Below, one piece after another: positions 17,464 to 27,422 of a DNA stretch of 59,364 nt. The DNA lies in the NCBI GenBank assembly GCA_045225155.1, contig JBGVBB010000159.1:1-59364 (forward strand), written 5' to 3'. This DNA is from Elusimicrobiaceae bacterium (GTDB taxonomy: Bacteria > Elusimicrobiota > Elusimicrobia > Elusimicrobiales > Elusimicrobiaceae). The position numbers and the translations under genes were made by a program. The stretch's first letter is position 1, and each line of letters opens with the position of its first letter. The notes below the pieces were generated by a model. The model saw nothing but the letters and a program-made list of their open reading frames with translations, did no database searches and was not told where the DNA came from.

Positions 17464-17676
17464 ATGCCTAATCCAAAGAGAAAGCACACTAGATCAAGAA
17501 GAGACCTTAGAAGGTCTGCTAATTCAAAATTGACTGCTGTGCAAACAGTTACCTGCTCAAATTGCGGTGCACCTGTTTTGCCCCATAATGTGTGCAAAGC
17601 ATGTGGTTTTTACGGCGGTAAATTAGTAGCAGAAGTCAAAGTCAAAAAAGAAAAGAAAGCGCCAGAAGCGAAATAA
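17464..17676 (+). CDS. rpmF: 50S ribosomal protein L32
   Basis: 'MPNPKRKHTRSRRD.RR' N-terminus and a C..C...C..C zinc ribbon. Confidence 0.95.
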   Translation: MPNPKRKHTRSRRDLRRSANSKLTAVQTVTCSNCGAPVLPHNVCKACGFYGGKLVAEVKVKKEKKAPEAK

Positions 17677-17682
17677 ATTCTT

Positions 17683-18702
17683 ATGAAAATAGCCCTTGAC
17701 GCCCTTGGGGGCGACTACGGTGTTAAACCAAATATCCTAGGTGCCATTAAGGCCACCCAGGATTTTGGTTGCGAAGTTATTTTGGTCGGTGATGAAGTTA
17801 AAATTAACGAAGAATTAAAACATAATTCTTATGATCCGGCCAAAATTACCGTCGTTCATGCACCGGAAATGATTGATATGGAAGCCTCCCCGGCTTTGGA
17901 ATATCGCAGAAAGAAAAATGCCAGCATTGTTGTTTGTGCCAAACTTGTTAAGGAAGGCAAAGCTGATGTTATGATTTCAGCCGGTAATTCTGGAGCGACA
18001 ATGGTTGCAGCATTGTTTGGCCTTGGCCGTCTTAAAGGTGTCAGCAGGCCTGCTATTGCAAGCCCGATGCCGACGCAAACCGGTTTTGCTTTGATAGTTG
18101 ATGCCGGTGCTAATGCAGATTGTACGGCAGTAAATCTTTTGCAATTCGGTGTACTTGGCAGCATGTATTATAAGTATATATACGGCAAACCAAATGCAAC
18201 GGTAGGGCTTTTATCTATCGGCGAAGAAGAAGGTAAAGGCAATTTACTTATTAAAGAAACCTCAAAACATATTCGCAAATTAGGTTTAAACTATTACGGT
18301 AATATTGAAGGACGCGATATACATAGCGGTATGATAGATATCGTTGTTTGCGATGGCTTTGTCGGTAATATCGTTTTAAAAACTTCCGAAGGTCTTGCTA
18401 AATCGCTTTTCAAAATGATAAAGTCAAGTTTAAAAGGTAAACCTTTGGCTATGCTTGGCATGTTACTTGCTAAACCTGCCTTAATGAAAGTTAAAGAAGT
18501 TACAGATCCCGATACTTTCGGCGGTGCACCTTTATTGGGTGTTAACGGTAATGTCATTATCAGCCACGGTAAATCAAATGAAAAGGCTATATATTGTGCT
18601 ATAAAAGCCGGTATTAAAACCGTAGAAAGTAAAGCCCTAAAGGCCATGGAGCAAGCCATTGCCGCAAATAAAGCAATTTTCGACGAAGCGGAGGGTAAAT
18701 AA
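17683..18702 (+). CDS. plsX: Phosphate acyltransferase PlsX
   Basis: 'IALDALGGDYG' N-terminus and 'CDGFVGNIVLK'. Follows rpmF. Confidence 0.93.
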   Translation: MKIALDALGGDYGVKPNILGAIKATQDFGCEVILVGDEVKINEELKHNSYDPAKITVVHAPEMIDMEASPALEYRRKKNASIVVCAKLVKEGKADVMISAGNSGATMVAALFGLGRLKGVSRPAIASPMPTQTGFALIVDAGANADCTAVNLLQFGVLGSMYYKYIYGKPNATVGLLSIGEEEGKGNLLIKETSKHIRKLGLNYYGNIEGRDIHSGMIDIVVCDGFVGNIVLKTSEGLAKSLFKMIKSSLKGKPLAMLGMLLAKPALMKVKEVTDPDTFGGAPLLGVNGNVIISHGKSNEKAIYCAIKAGIKTVESKALKAMEQAIAANKAIFDEAEGK

Positions 18703-18703
18703 T

Positions 18704-19456
18704 ATGCCGGCTTTCAGCGGTCAGACTGTTTTAATTACGGGTGGGGCCCGCGGTATAGGATTAGCCTTAACGGAAGCGTTTTTGAAAGAAGGTGCCAATG
18801 TCGCTTTTTGTGCTACAAGCGATGAAAGTATTGCCAAAGCAAAAGAATATTTATTAAAATCTTGTGAGGCGAGCAAAATCTTGGCAGTAAAAGCAGATGT
18901 TTCAAAACAAGAAGATTGTGCCGCTTTAGTAAATAAAACTTTAGAAACTTTTAAGCAAATAGATGTCTTAATAAATAACGCCGGTGTTACACGCGACAAT
19001 TTGCTTATAAGAATGAAAGACGAAGATTTTGATAAAGTGATTGATATAAATTTAAAAGGGTCATTTTTGATGCTCAAAGAAGTTGCCCGCCCCATGATGA
19101 AGGCAAGAAAAGGAGCAATAATAAATATGTCTTCTGTGGTTGGGCAAAGCGGAAATGCGGGGCAAATAAATTACAGTGCTTCAAAAGCAGGTTTGATAGG
19201 CCTTACAAAAAGTGCGGCAAAAGAACTTGCTTCAAGGAATATAAGGGTGAACGCAATAGCGCCCGGTTTTGTTAAGACCGATATGACGGCAAAACTTCCG
19301 CAGGAAGTGCAGGACGGTGCTTTAAAAATGATACCCTTAAACAGATTTGCAGAAGTTCAAGATATCGCCCAAGCGGCGTTATTTCTGGCCGACAATAACC
19401 GTGCCGGCTACATAACAGGCCAAATTTTGGCCGTTAACGGCGGACTATATATATAG
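18704..19456 (+). CDS. fabG: 3-oxoacyl-[ACP] reductase FabG
   Basis: SDR motifs 'TGGARGIG', 'NNAG' and 'YSASKAG'. I place the start at the ATG at 18704, just after the plsX stop. The ORF-track start at 18659 is inside plsX. Confidence 0.9.
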   Translation: MPAFSGQTVLITGGARGIGLALTEAFLKEGANVAFCATSDESIAKAKEYLLKSCEASKILAVKADVSKQEDCAALVNKTLETFKQIDVLINNAGVTRDNLLIRMKDEDFDKVIDINLKGSFLMLKEVARPMMKARKGAIINMSSVVGQSGNAGQINYSASKAGLIGLTKSAAKELASRNIRVNAIAPGFVKTDMTAKLPQEVQDGALKMIPLNRFAEVQDIAQAALFLADNNRAGYITGQILAVNGGLYI

Positions 19457-19474
19457 TTTTCTATGGAGGAAAAT

Positions 19475-19717
19475 ATGGACGCAAAATCAGTAGAAGAAAG
19501 AGTAAAAAATATCATCGTTGAACAACTTCGTGTTGAACCGGAACAAGTTAAACCCGAAGCCCAATTCGTTAACGATTTAGGGGCAGACTCCCTTGACACC
19601 GTTGAACTTATTATGGCTTTGGAAGAAGAATTTGATGTCGAAATTCCCGATGAACAAGCTGAAAAAATCAAAACAGTCGGCGAAGCTATTGAACACATCA
19701 AAGCAAAAGCCAAATAA
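19475..19717 (+). CDS. acpP: Acyl carrier protein
   Basis: '[19 protein letters not shown]' phosphopantetheine site. A GGAGGA RBS precedes the ATG at 19475. Confidence 0.93.
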   Translation: MDAKSVEERVKNIIVEQLRVEPEQVKPEAQFVNDLGADSLDTVELIMALEEEFDVEIPDEQAEKIKTVGEAIEHIKAKAK

Positions 19718-19720
19718 GTA

Positions 19721-20380
19721 GTGCAAGAAGAGCTTGAAAAGGTCCTTTCTTACACCTTTAAAGATAAGAATATTTTAAAGGAAGCACTCACTCATCGTTC
19801 GTATCATTGCAATGGTGCTCATCATAATGAGCGGCTTGAATTTTTAGGGGATAGTGTTTTGGGGCTTGTTGTTGCAGCCTACCTATACCGTAAACTTGAT
19901 ACAAAAGAGGAGGGGGTGCTTTCTAAGATAAAAGCAAATTTAGTATCCAGACGCAACCTATATGTTTGGGCGGCCGGTTTAAATGTCGGCAAATATATGT
20001 TACTCGGTGCCGGGGAAATTGCAACAGGTGGGCGTGACAGACAAAGCATTTTATCAAATGCTATGGAAGCTATAATAGGTGCTATTTATTTAGATGGCGG
20101 ATTTGATGCAGCGGCTGTCTTTATAAAAGATTGGTTGCAAACTCAAAAGATTGAAATAGATCCGCGTGATTATAAAAGCACATTGCAGGAATATTTACAA
20201 CATCGTAAAAAACCAATACCGGAATATACGGTAGTTTCAAAAGTAGGCCCGCAACATGATCAGGTTTTTACCGTAGCGGTTATGGTTAACGGGCAAGAAA
20301 TCGGCAGGGGTAAAGGGAATAATAAAAAAACTGCCGAACAAGAAGCAGCAAAAGAAGGTTTGAAATTTTTTAATAAATAA
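19721..20380 (+). CDS. rnc: Ribonuclease III (GTG start)
   Basis: Signature 'ERLEFLGDSVL' and a C-terminal dsRBD ('GKG.NKK.AEQEAAKE'). Confidence 0.93.
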   Translation: MQEELEKVLSYTFKDKNILKEALTHRSYHCNGAHHNERLEFLGDSVLGLVVAAYLYRKLDTKEEGVLSKIKANLVSRRNLYVWAAGLNVGKYMLLGAGEIATGGRDRQSILSNAMEAIIGAIYLDGGFDAAAVFIKDWLQTQKIEIDPRDYKSTLQEYLQHRKKPIPEYTVVSKVGPQHDQVFTVAVMVNGQEIGRGKGNNKKTAEQEAAKEGLKFFNK

Positions 20381-20394
20381 AAATAGGGGTTCCG

Positions 20395-22251
20395 ATGTTT
20401 AAAAGCATAAAAACATTTTTTTTAGGGGTGTTTTTAATTTCTCCGATTGTGTTTCTTATTATGTACACAATCAATACAGCACGCAATGAAGCGCCGAAAA
20501 CTAATGTCAATTTGTCTAATCTAAAACTTGTAACCCCGGTTGCAATTATTGATGAAATAAGTAAAAAAATTGAAGAAGAAGATATCGATGATGCCTCATC
20601 TAAAATAAAAATGGAATTGCCTGATCCGAATATCCCGTCTTCTAAAGGAACACCACTTATAGTATTAGCGGCAGAAAAGGATTACACGGATATTGTCAAT
20701 GATTTAATACAAAAAGGTGCTGATCCTAATAAAGCAGATTTGAATACTTCGGAAACAGCTTTAATTAAAGCTATAAAAAATCAAAATATTGAAACAATTT
20801 CCGTTTTATTAAATGCCGGTGCAAATCCTAACATGGCAACAAATCAGGGGTTAACACCTTTGGGGCTTGCCATTAATTTAAAAAATGAAAGGCTTGCGAC
20901 ACTTTTATTATCAAGCGGTGCAACTAACGGAATAAGCAAAGAAAATTTACTTTTATATGCTTTTAGAAAGAACCCCGTAGGTGTTGCTTTAATGCTTTCG
21001 GGCGGTATTTCCCCGAATGTAACAGATGCCGATAATAATACTCCGTTAATAATTTCATCTGCGAACGGTGATTTTGACAGTGTTAAGGAACTTATTTCTT
21101 ATAGAGCAAATGTTAATACTAAAAATAAACATGGAATGAATCCGCTATTATATGCGGTGAAAGGTAAATATTGGGATATAGCGGAATATTTAATAGCTAA
21201 TGGTTCAAAAATTAACACCAGTAATATTTATGGCCAAAATGCACTTTTCTGGGCGGCTTATCATGGTAATGCCAATTTAGTTCATGATCTTTTAATGCGT
21301 GGTGCAAATTATCAGAAAAAGACCCGCCGTGGTCAAACCGCTTTGCAAATGGCTAGGGCATTAGGTCATAAAGAAGCCGCTAAAATGTTGGAAGATTTTA
21401 TCGCTTATAAGAATTTACCCAGGGACAGTAAAGGTAATATTATTTTACCTAAAGTAAATCAACAGCAAACAGCCGTTGCAACTAAAACTGTTCCTGTACA
21501 AAATACCGGCACCGGTCAGTATGTGAATAATGCTGTTGTTTCCGGTATCAAAAATCAAGTGCAACAAAATCAGCAGGTAACACAACAACAAATGCAGCAA
21601 CCTCAAACCGTTGTTCAACAACAAGCGGTTCAAGCACCGGTTCAAACACAACAGGTTCAAAGAAGAACCCAACAAAATCAATTACCGGTTTCCAATACTC
21701 AAACGAATATGCAACCTGCTAAGACACAAATAAATACTTTGCAACCCGCGTCTAATGAAGCGGAAATGCCCCAAATGCCTGGCGGGATGGATATGTCCGC
21801 AGTAATGTCAATGATGGGGGCTGCTCAAGGTCATGCCCAAGGGGGGCAAGCAGGCGGAGATATGTCGGCAATGGTTAAACAAATGCAAACTATGGGTGCC
21901 GCAACTGCACAAAACGGATCCAAGACACAGCAAATGCAAAATATACCTTCAAATGTAGAAATGCCTGCCGGTATGAATATGAATGATATTTCAAAGATGA
22001 TTCCCGCCGGTGCTTTGCCGGCAGGAACGGATTTGAATAATTTATCTTCAATGAGTCCCGAACAATTAAAGAAGATGGGTGTTCCGGAAGACCAAATTGC
22101 TAATATAACTAAAGCCCAGCAAATGGCACAAACTCAAAACCAGGCTACTTCCGGTAATGGTTTTCAACCGAAAGATTTAAATAATAATGATTCATATGCT
22201 AACGGCGTACCTAAAACCAAAATCAACAAACTCCAAACTTCCGGGGATTAA
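20395..22251 (+). CDS. Ankyrin-repeat protein with N-terminal TM/signal anchor and Q/M/G-rich low-complexity C-terminal half
   Basis: About 7 ANK units with the pattern 'TPL..A......V..LL..GA.PN'. The C-terminal ~250 aa are Gln/Met-rich (QQQMQQPQTVVQQQAVQAPVQTQQ..). Confidence 0.85.
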   Translation: MFKSIKTFFLGVFLISPIVFLIMYTINTARNEAPKTNVNLSNLKLVTPVAIIDEISKKIEEEDIDDASSKIKMELPDPNIPSSKGTPLIVLAAEKDYTDIVNDLIQKGADPNKADLNTSETALIKAIKNQNIETISVLLNAGANPNMATNQGLTPLGLAINLKNERLATLLLSSGATNGISKENLLLYAFRKNPVGVALMLSGGISPNVTDADNNTPLIISSANGDFDSVKELISYRANVNTKNKHGMNPLLYAVKGKYWDIAEYLIANGSKINTSNIYGQNALFWAAYHGNANLVHDLLMRGANYQKKTRRGQTALQMARALGHKEAAKMLEDFIAYKNLPRDSKGNIILPKVNQQQTAVATKTVPVQNTGTGQYVNNAVVSGIKNQVQQNQQVTQQQMQQPQTVVQQQAVQAPVQTQQVQRRTQQNQLPVSNTQTNMQPAKTQINTLQPASNEAEMPQMPGGMDMSAVMSMMGAAQGHAQGGQAGGDMSAMVKQMQTMGAATAQNGSKTQQMQNIPSNVEMPAGMNMNDISKMIPAGALPAGTDLNNLSSMSPEQLKKMGVPEDQIANITKAQQMAQTQNQATSGNGFQPKDLNNNDSYANGVPKTKINKLQTSGD

Positions 22252-22252
22252 A

Positions 22253-22951
22253 TTACAACATTTTAATTAACTCGGAAATTTCTTTTAGTTTAAGGAAGTT
22301 CTCAGATTTTATTTTCTCAGCGTCGCCGTCTTCATAAAACCAAGTAAATTTGCTGGGTATAAAAATGGCATTTGCACCGATTTCCAAAACAGGTAAAATG
22401 TCTGATTTTACTGAATTTCCTACCATCAAAAATTCTTGCGGTTTTATATTTAATTCTTTGATTAAGCGGGCATAAGAAGATTTATCTTTTTCACTCATTA
22501 CCTCAATATGAGATAAATATTTTGCAAGGCCTGAACGGTAAATTTTATTTTCCTGTTCAAGTAAATCACCTTTTGTTGTAACAACAATTTTATATTTTTT
22601 ATTTAAAATTTTTAAAGTTTTTTCCGCGCCTTCAAATAAAACTATCGGGCTTTTAATTAGTTTTTTACCGAGGTTAATTATTTGTTTTGTTTCTGCCGCG
22701 GTAAGTTTTCCTTTTGATAATTTTAAAGCAGCATCCAGCATATCCAAAGTAAAAGCTTTAATGCCGTAACCGTACAAAGGAATATTTTTAACTTCCATAT
22801 TCCAAAGCACTTTGATTGCATTTTCTTTTTTGGAGTAAGATGAAATTATCTTACAGAAATCACACTCAGCCTTGCGGAATAATTTTTCATTTTGCCACAA
22901 AGTATCGTCGGCATCAAAACTTATAACTTTTATATTTTTCAAATTTATCAT
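22253..22951 (-). CDS. HAD-superfamily hydrolase
   Basis: Motif I 'ISFDADDTLW' and motif IV 'VGNS..D'. The ATG at 22949-22951 lies 1 nt after the upstream gene's stop. The ORF-track start at 22969 is a TTG. Confidence 0.82.
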   Translation of the reverse strand: MINLKNIKVISFDADDTLWQNEKLFRKAECDFCKIISSYSKKENAIKVLWNMEVKNIPLYGYGIKAFTLDMLDAALKLSKGKLTAAETKQIINLGKKLIKSPIVLFEGAEKTLKILNKKYKIVVTTKGDLLEQENKIYRSGLAKYLSHIEVMSEKDKSSYARLIKELNIKPQEFLMVGNSVKSDILPVLEIGANAIFIPSKFTWFYEDGDAEKIKSENFLKLKEISELIKML

Positions 22952-22952
22952 T

Positions 22953-23693
22953 TTATTTACCTTGCCCAAGACGGTTGTATAAAAATTCGGGCAAGCCGCA
23001 ATTTTTCATACGTTTTTGTACGGCGGCTATATTATAATCAACCCGTACTAAACGGAAAGTATTTTTCTTGGTATCAATAAGTCCAAACGAAGCACGTGCA
23101 TTTAAATCTCTCGGTTGTCCGATGGACCCCGGGTTAATCATATATCTTACATTAGGTATCATCTCTATGGTTACATCTCTACCCATAAACACTTCAATTC
23201 TGGGTTTATAGCCTTCTTTGTAACTCATAATAAAAGGTATATGACTGTGGCCGACAAAGCATACAGGCCCCTTCCAATGTGATAAATTTACTAAAAATTG
23301 TTCCGCAGTTACGATATAATCTCTAAACGGATCCAAAAAAGAGCCATGCACTGCGGCAAAATGCATACCCTGGAAAGAAACAGGCAAAGTTTCAAGATAT
23401 TCCAAAGAAGATTTTGACAAATTTTTTAAAGTATAATTTAAAGAAATTTTTGCATAATCGCTGAACCAGGAATTTGTTTCTTTATGAAAGAGGGCATAAT
23501 CGTGGTTACCCATTATTCCTAAAAAATGTTTGGTGTTCATGACAAGTTGTGTGCATCTTTCCGGGTCCGGTCCATAGCCGACCAAATCACCGCAAAACAC
23601 ATAGGCCTCAGCCCCGAGTTCTTCTGCTTTTTTTAGAACAGCCGTTAGGGCTTCATAATTAGCATGAATATCCGATAATACTGCGTATATCAT
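22953..23693 (-). CDS. Metallophosphoesterase family protein
   Basis: Motifs 'SDIHAN', 'CGDLVGYG', 'GNHD' and 'GHSH'. Confidence 0.85.
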   Translation of the reverse strand: MIYAVLSDIHANYEALTAVLKKAEELGAEAYVFCGDLVGYGPDPERCTQLVMNTKHFLGIMGNHDYALFHKETNSWFSDYAKISLNYTLKNLSKSSLEYLETLPVSFQGMHFAAVHGSFLDPFRDYIVTAEQFLVNLSHWKGPVCFVGHSHIPFIMSYKEGYKPRIEVFMGRDVTIEMIPNVRYMINPGSIGQPRDLNARASFGLIDTKKNTFRLVRVDYNIAAVQKRMKNCGLPEFLYNRLGQGK

Positions 23694-23743
23694 TTAAATA
23701 TTATAGTATATTTGTCGGTATTTATGAAATGAAAATAAGTTAT

Positions 23744-23772
23744 TTGCCAAAAGTGTTTTTTAATTGTAAAAT
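23744..23772 (+). promoter_or_regulatory. Sigma70-like promoter for the nucleoside transporter gene
   Basis: TTGCCA (23744-23749), a 17-nt spacer, then TAAAAT (23767-23772). Confidence 0.5.
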
Positions 23773-23807
23773 GGAATTATGATGGAAATATATTAATAGG
23801 AGATATT

Positions 23808-25052
23808 ATGGAAAATGTAGCAGCAGTCTTGGGCCTTTTTGTGTTTACACTAATTGCTTTTCTTTTCAGTACAAACAAAAAGGCTATTAATTGGAAAACC
23901 ATTGCTTGGGCCTTTGGCTTACAAGTAATTTTTGCCGTACTGATTTTAAAAACCAGCGTCGGTATAACAGTTTTTGATTGGCTTAATGATGTTGTTTTAA
24001 AAGTGTTAGCATTCCAACAAGCCGGTGCGGAAATGGTGTTCGGTAATTTGGCTAAATCAGATAGCCTGGGTTATATTTTCGCTTTTCAGGTTTTGCCTAC
24101 AATTATTTTCTTCTCTGCTTTAATTTCTTTACTTTATTATCTCGGTATCATGCAATGGGTAGTTTATGCTTTTGCTGTAATTATCGGCAAAACTTGCAAA
24201 TTATCCGGTGCCGAAAGTTTAAGTGCTGCTGCAAACATTTTCGTAGGTCAAACAGAGGCCCCTTTACTTATCAAACCTTATGTTGAAAAGATGACCAAGT
24301 CAGAATTAATGTGCGTCATGACAGGCGGTATGGCAACAGTTGCCGGTGGCGTAATGATGGCTTATGTCACTATGCTTAAAGATACTGTCCCCGGTATTGC
24401 AGGACACTTAATTGCCGCAAGCATGATGGGCGCACCGGCCGGTGTAATGTTTTCAAAACTCCTCGTCCCGGAAACAGAAAAACCTCTTACCGGCGGTACA
24501 ATTAAAATTGCTTATAAAGATCCAAGCGCAAATGTTTTAGAAGCTATTTCAAACGGTACAACTACCGGTGTTTCTTTGGCAATCAATGTCGCAGGTATGT
24601 TGATTGCATTTACTGCTTTAATTGCTTTATGTAACGGTGCACTTGAATGGATAACAGGTTTATTCTTAACCAAAGCACTTTCCATGCAACAAGTTTTTGC
24701 TTATGTATTTTCACCATTAACATGGCTTATGGGTGTTAATGCAAGTGACGTTCTCACCGCAAGCCAATTGGTTGGTGAAAAGACTGTATTAAATGAGTTT
24801 ATTGCTTATGCGAACTTTTCCAACATTTTAAACGGGCACACCGTAGAACTTACCATGCGTACAAAAGTTATTTTGAGTTATGCTTTATGCGGTTTTGCTA
24901 ACTTCTCATCAATCGGTATACAAATCGGCGGTATCGGTTCACTTGCACCAAGCAGACGCGGCGATTTATCCCGCCTTGGTTTCAGGGCTTTGCTCGCCGG
25001 TTTATTCTCAAGCTGCACACGTGCAATACTTGCCGGATTATTAATCGGTTAG
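23808..25052 (+). CDS. nupC: NupC/NupG-family concentrative nucleoside transporter
   Basis: Polytopic, 414 aa, with the CNT signature region 'SAAANIFVGQTEAPLLIKPY'. Confidence 0.88.
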   Translation: MENVAAVLGLFVFTLIAFLFSTNKKAINWKTIAWAFGLQVIFAVLILKTSVGITVFDWLNDVVLKVLAFQQAGAEMVFGNLAKSDSLGYIFAFQVLPTIIFFSALISLLYYLGIMQWVVYAFAVIIGKTCKLSGAESLSAAANIFVGQTEAPLLIKPYVEKMTKSELMCVMTGGMATVAGGVMMAYVTMLKDTVPGIAGHLIAASMMGAPAGVMFSKLLVPETEKPLTGGTIKIAYKDPSANVLEAISNGTTTGVSLAINVAGMLIAFTALIALCNGALEWITGLFLTKALSMQQVFAYVFSPLTWLMGVNASDVLTASQLVGEKTVLNEFIAYANFSNILNGHTVELTMRTKVILSYALCGFANFSSIGIQIGGIGSLAPSRRGDLSRLGFRALLAGLFSSCTRAILAGLLIG

Positions 25053-25073
25053 ATTTTAATCGGAACTTAATAA

Positions 25074-25107
25074 ATATCCCCCGGATTTTATGGGGGATAT
25101 TTTTTTG
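25074..25107 (+). terminator. Rho-independent terminator
   Basis: atatccccc (25074-25082) pairs with gggggatat (25092-25100), followed by T7. Confidence 0.85.
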
Positions 25108-25186
25108 TGTAAAAGTGCCTCTATTTAATATATAATGTTAAATATAAGCGGACTATTTTTGTATATTTTTAGTCAAAGGAGTTTTT

Positions 25187-26227
25187 ATGAAAGCAATTTG
25201 TAAAACCAAACCTGCCGCCGGTGCAGAATATATTGATGTAGATATTCCCAATATCAAAAGTGATGAACTTTTAATTAAAATTCATTGTGCTTCTATTTGC
25301 GGAAGCGATTTGCCTATTTATAATTATTATAATTCCTGGGCTTCCAAAAAACATGATTTTCCTTTTGTTTTCGGCCATGAACTTTGCGGAGAAGTGGTGG
25401 AAATAGGTGATAAAGCAAAAGGTTTCCAGAAAGGAGATTTTGTGTCGGTAGAATCCCATATTTTCTGCGGTATGTGCTATCAATGCAGAAATGACCAAAG
25501 GCATGTTTGCAGTAATTTGAAAATTTTAGGTATTGATGTCCCGGGCGGTTTTGCGGAATATGCCGCAATTCCTGCACGTTGTGCTTGGAAGCATACCGAT
25601 AATTCTTTAAAAGATATTGCAAGTATTATGGAACCTTTAGGTAATGCGGTTTTTGCGACATTAACTGAAGATATCGTCGGTAAAACAGTTTTAATTTCCG
25701 GTTGCGGTCCGCAAGGTTTGTTCGCAACGCAAATTGCCCGTTCTTGCGGTGCGGCAAAAGTTATTTGTACGGAAACTTCAGCCTTTAGAACTGCACTTGC
25801 AAAAAAAATGGGTGCTGATGCCGTCATAAATCCTTTAGAAGATAAAGTTTTAGAAAAAATTATTGATGCCGGTGGGGAAAAGTCCGGCATAGATATTGTT
25901 ATTGAAATGTCCGGTAATCCCGCTGCGATAAATACCGCTTTAAAAGCAGTAAAACCTGCCGGGCGTTTTATCGCTTTTGGTTTGCCTAAAGAAGATGTCA
26001 CACTTGATTATGCAAATTCTATCGTCTTTAAAGCAATACGCGTGCAAGGTATAACCGGGCGTGAAGTTTTTAGAAGTTGGTATAAAATGGAAAGCCTTTT
26101 AAAGAGCCACGCTATTGATCCTCGCCCCGTAATAACCCACACATTTAAAATGAAAGATTTCCAGAAGGCTTTTGAAATTGCTTCAGATCCTAAAAAGGAA
26201 TGCGGTAAAATTATATTGGTTCCATAG
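25187..26227 (+). CDS. tdh: L-threonine 3-dehydrogenase (Zn-dependent MDR family)
   Basis: Zn-ADH motif 'GHELCGEVVEIG'. Structural Zn Cys cluster 'C..C..C......C'. Followed directly by kbl. Confidence 0.85.
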   Translation: MKAICKTKPAAGAEYIDVDIPNIKSDELLIKIHCASICGSDLPIYNYYNSWASKKHDFPFVFGHELCGEVVEIGDKAKGFQKGDFVSVESHIFCGMCYQCRNDQRHVCSNLKILGIDVPGGFAEYAAIPARCAWKHTDNSLKDIASIMEPLGNAVFATLTEDIVGKTVLISGCGPQGLFATQIARSCGAAKVICTETSAFRTALAKKMGADAVINPLEDKVLEKIIDAGGEKSGIDIVIEMSGNPAAINTALKAVKPAGRFIAFGLPKEDVTLDYANSIVFKAIRVQGITGREVFRSWYKMESLLKSHAIDPRPVITHTFKMKDFQKAFEIASDPKKECGKIILVP

Positions 26228-26236
26228 AGGTGATTT

Positions 26237-27421
26237 ATGGCAAATATGAATTTTTTAAAAGACGAAATTGCCCAACTTAAGGCGGAAAACCGTTTTATTG
26301 AACCGGCAGTTTTGGAAGATATGCAAAATGCCGTTTGCACAATTAACGGTAAAAAAGTTGTAAATTTAACGTCAAACAATTATTTGTGTATGACGGCGCA
26401 CCCCAAAGTTATTGCAGCCGCCGTGGAAGCCACAAAAAAATACGGTATCGGTACAGCAGCGGTACGCACAATTATCGGTACAACTTCTTTACATGAAGAA
26501 CTTGAAAAACGCCTTGCAGAATTTAAAGGAACAGAGGCCTCTTTGGTAATACAATCCGGTTTTACTTCAAATACCGCAGTTTGCCAAAGTTTAATGACAA
26601 GCCCACAAGATGTTTTAATTTCAGATGAACTTAACCACGCTTCAATTATTGACGGCGGCCGTTTAAGTAAAGCAAAGAAACTTATTTATCGCCACAGCGA
26701 TATGCAACATTTAAAAGAAATTTTAGATATGCCCGAAGTCAAACAAGCGCGTCGCCGCTTGCTTGTTACCGACGGTGTTTTTAGTATGGACGGCGATATT
26801 TGCAATTTGCCGGAAATAGTAAAACTTTGTGCACCGCGTGATGTTATGGTTATGGTTGATGATGCCCACGCAAGCGGTGTTATCGGCCCACAAGGGCGCG
26901 GAACTGTTGCACATTTCGGGCTTAAAGGGAAAGTTGATATTCAAATCGGTACACTTTCAAAAGCCTTTGCTGCCATCGGCGGTTATGTGGCCGGTTCACA
27001 AGATTTGAAGGCTTATATGCAGTCAGTTGCACGCCCGTTTTTATTTTCAAGTTCACATCCGCCTGCCGTGGTAGCAACATGTTTAGCCGGGCTTGATGTA
27101 ATTTACAATGAACCGGAACGCCTTAAAAAACTTTGGGATAACACTAAATTTTTTAAAGAAGAACTTAAAAAAGCCGGCTTTGATACAGGCCACAGCGAAA
27201 CACCTATTACGCCTGTAATGGTCGGCGACAGCGCAAAAGCAAAAAAATTAAGTGCCATGCTTTTTGAAGAAGGCGTTTTTGCTTTGGCAATATGTTTCCC
27301 CACAGTTCCGCGCGGTAAAGAACGTTTACGCACAATCGTAACATCAGGCCATGAATTAAAGGACCTTGAGAAAGCCGTCGCCGCTTTCAAGAAATGCGGT
27401 AAGGAACTCAGTTTAATTTAG
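26237..27421 (+). CDS. kbl: Glycine C-acetyltransferase (2-amino-3-ketobutyrate CoA ligase)
   Basis: Alpha-oxoamine synthase motifs 'DELNHASIIDG', 'SMDGD' and the PLP Lys in 'GTLSKAF'. Paired with tdh. Confidence 0.88.
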   Translation: MANMNFLKDEIAQLKAENRFIEPAVLEDMQNAVCTINGKKVVNLTSNNYLCMTAHPKVIAAAVEATKKYGIGTAAVRTIIGTTSLHEELEKRLAEFKGTEASLVIQSGFTSNTAVCQSLMTSPQDVLISDELNHASIIDGGRLSKAKKLIYRHSDMQHLKEILDMPEVKQARRRLLVTDGVFSMDGDICNLPEIVKLCAPRDVMVMVDDAHASGVIGPQGRGTVAHFGLKGKVDIQIGTLSKAFAAIGGYVAGSQDLKAYMQSVARPFLFSSSHPPAVVATCLAGLDVIYNEPERLKKLWDNTKFFKEELKKAGFDTGHSETPITPVMVGDSAKAKKLSAMLFEEGVFALAICFPTVPRGKERLRTIVTSGHELKDLEKAVAAFKKCGKELSLI

Positions 27422-27422
27422 T

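Noticed and set aside
16963-17487. 174-aa minus-strand ORF.
   Set aside because: It is antisense to yceD and the rpmF start, both of which have clear family signatures.
21445-21681. 78-aa minus-strand Leu-rich ORF.
   Set aside because: It is antisense to the Gln-rich (CAA/CAG) part of the ankyrin gene. The Leu-rich product is the expected complement artefact.
25480-26001. 173-aa minus-strand ORF, plus other antisense ORFs within tdh and kbl.
   Set aside because: It lies opposite a strongly supported tdh gene and has no motifs.
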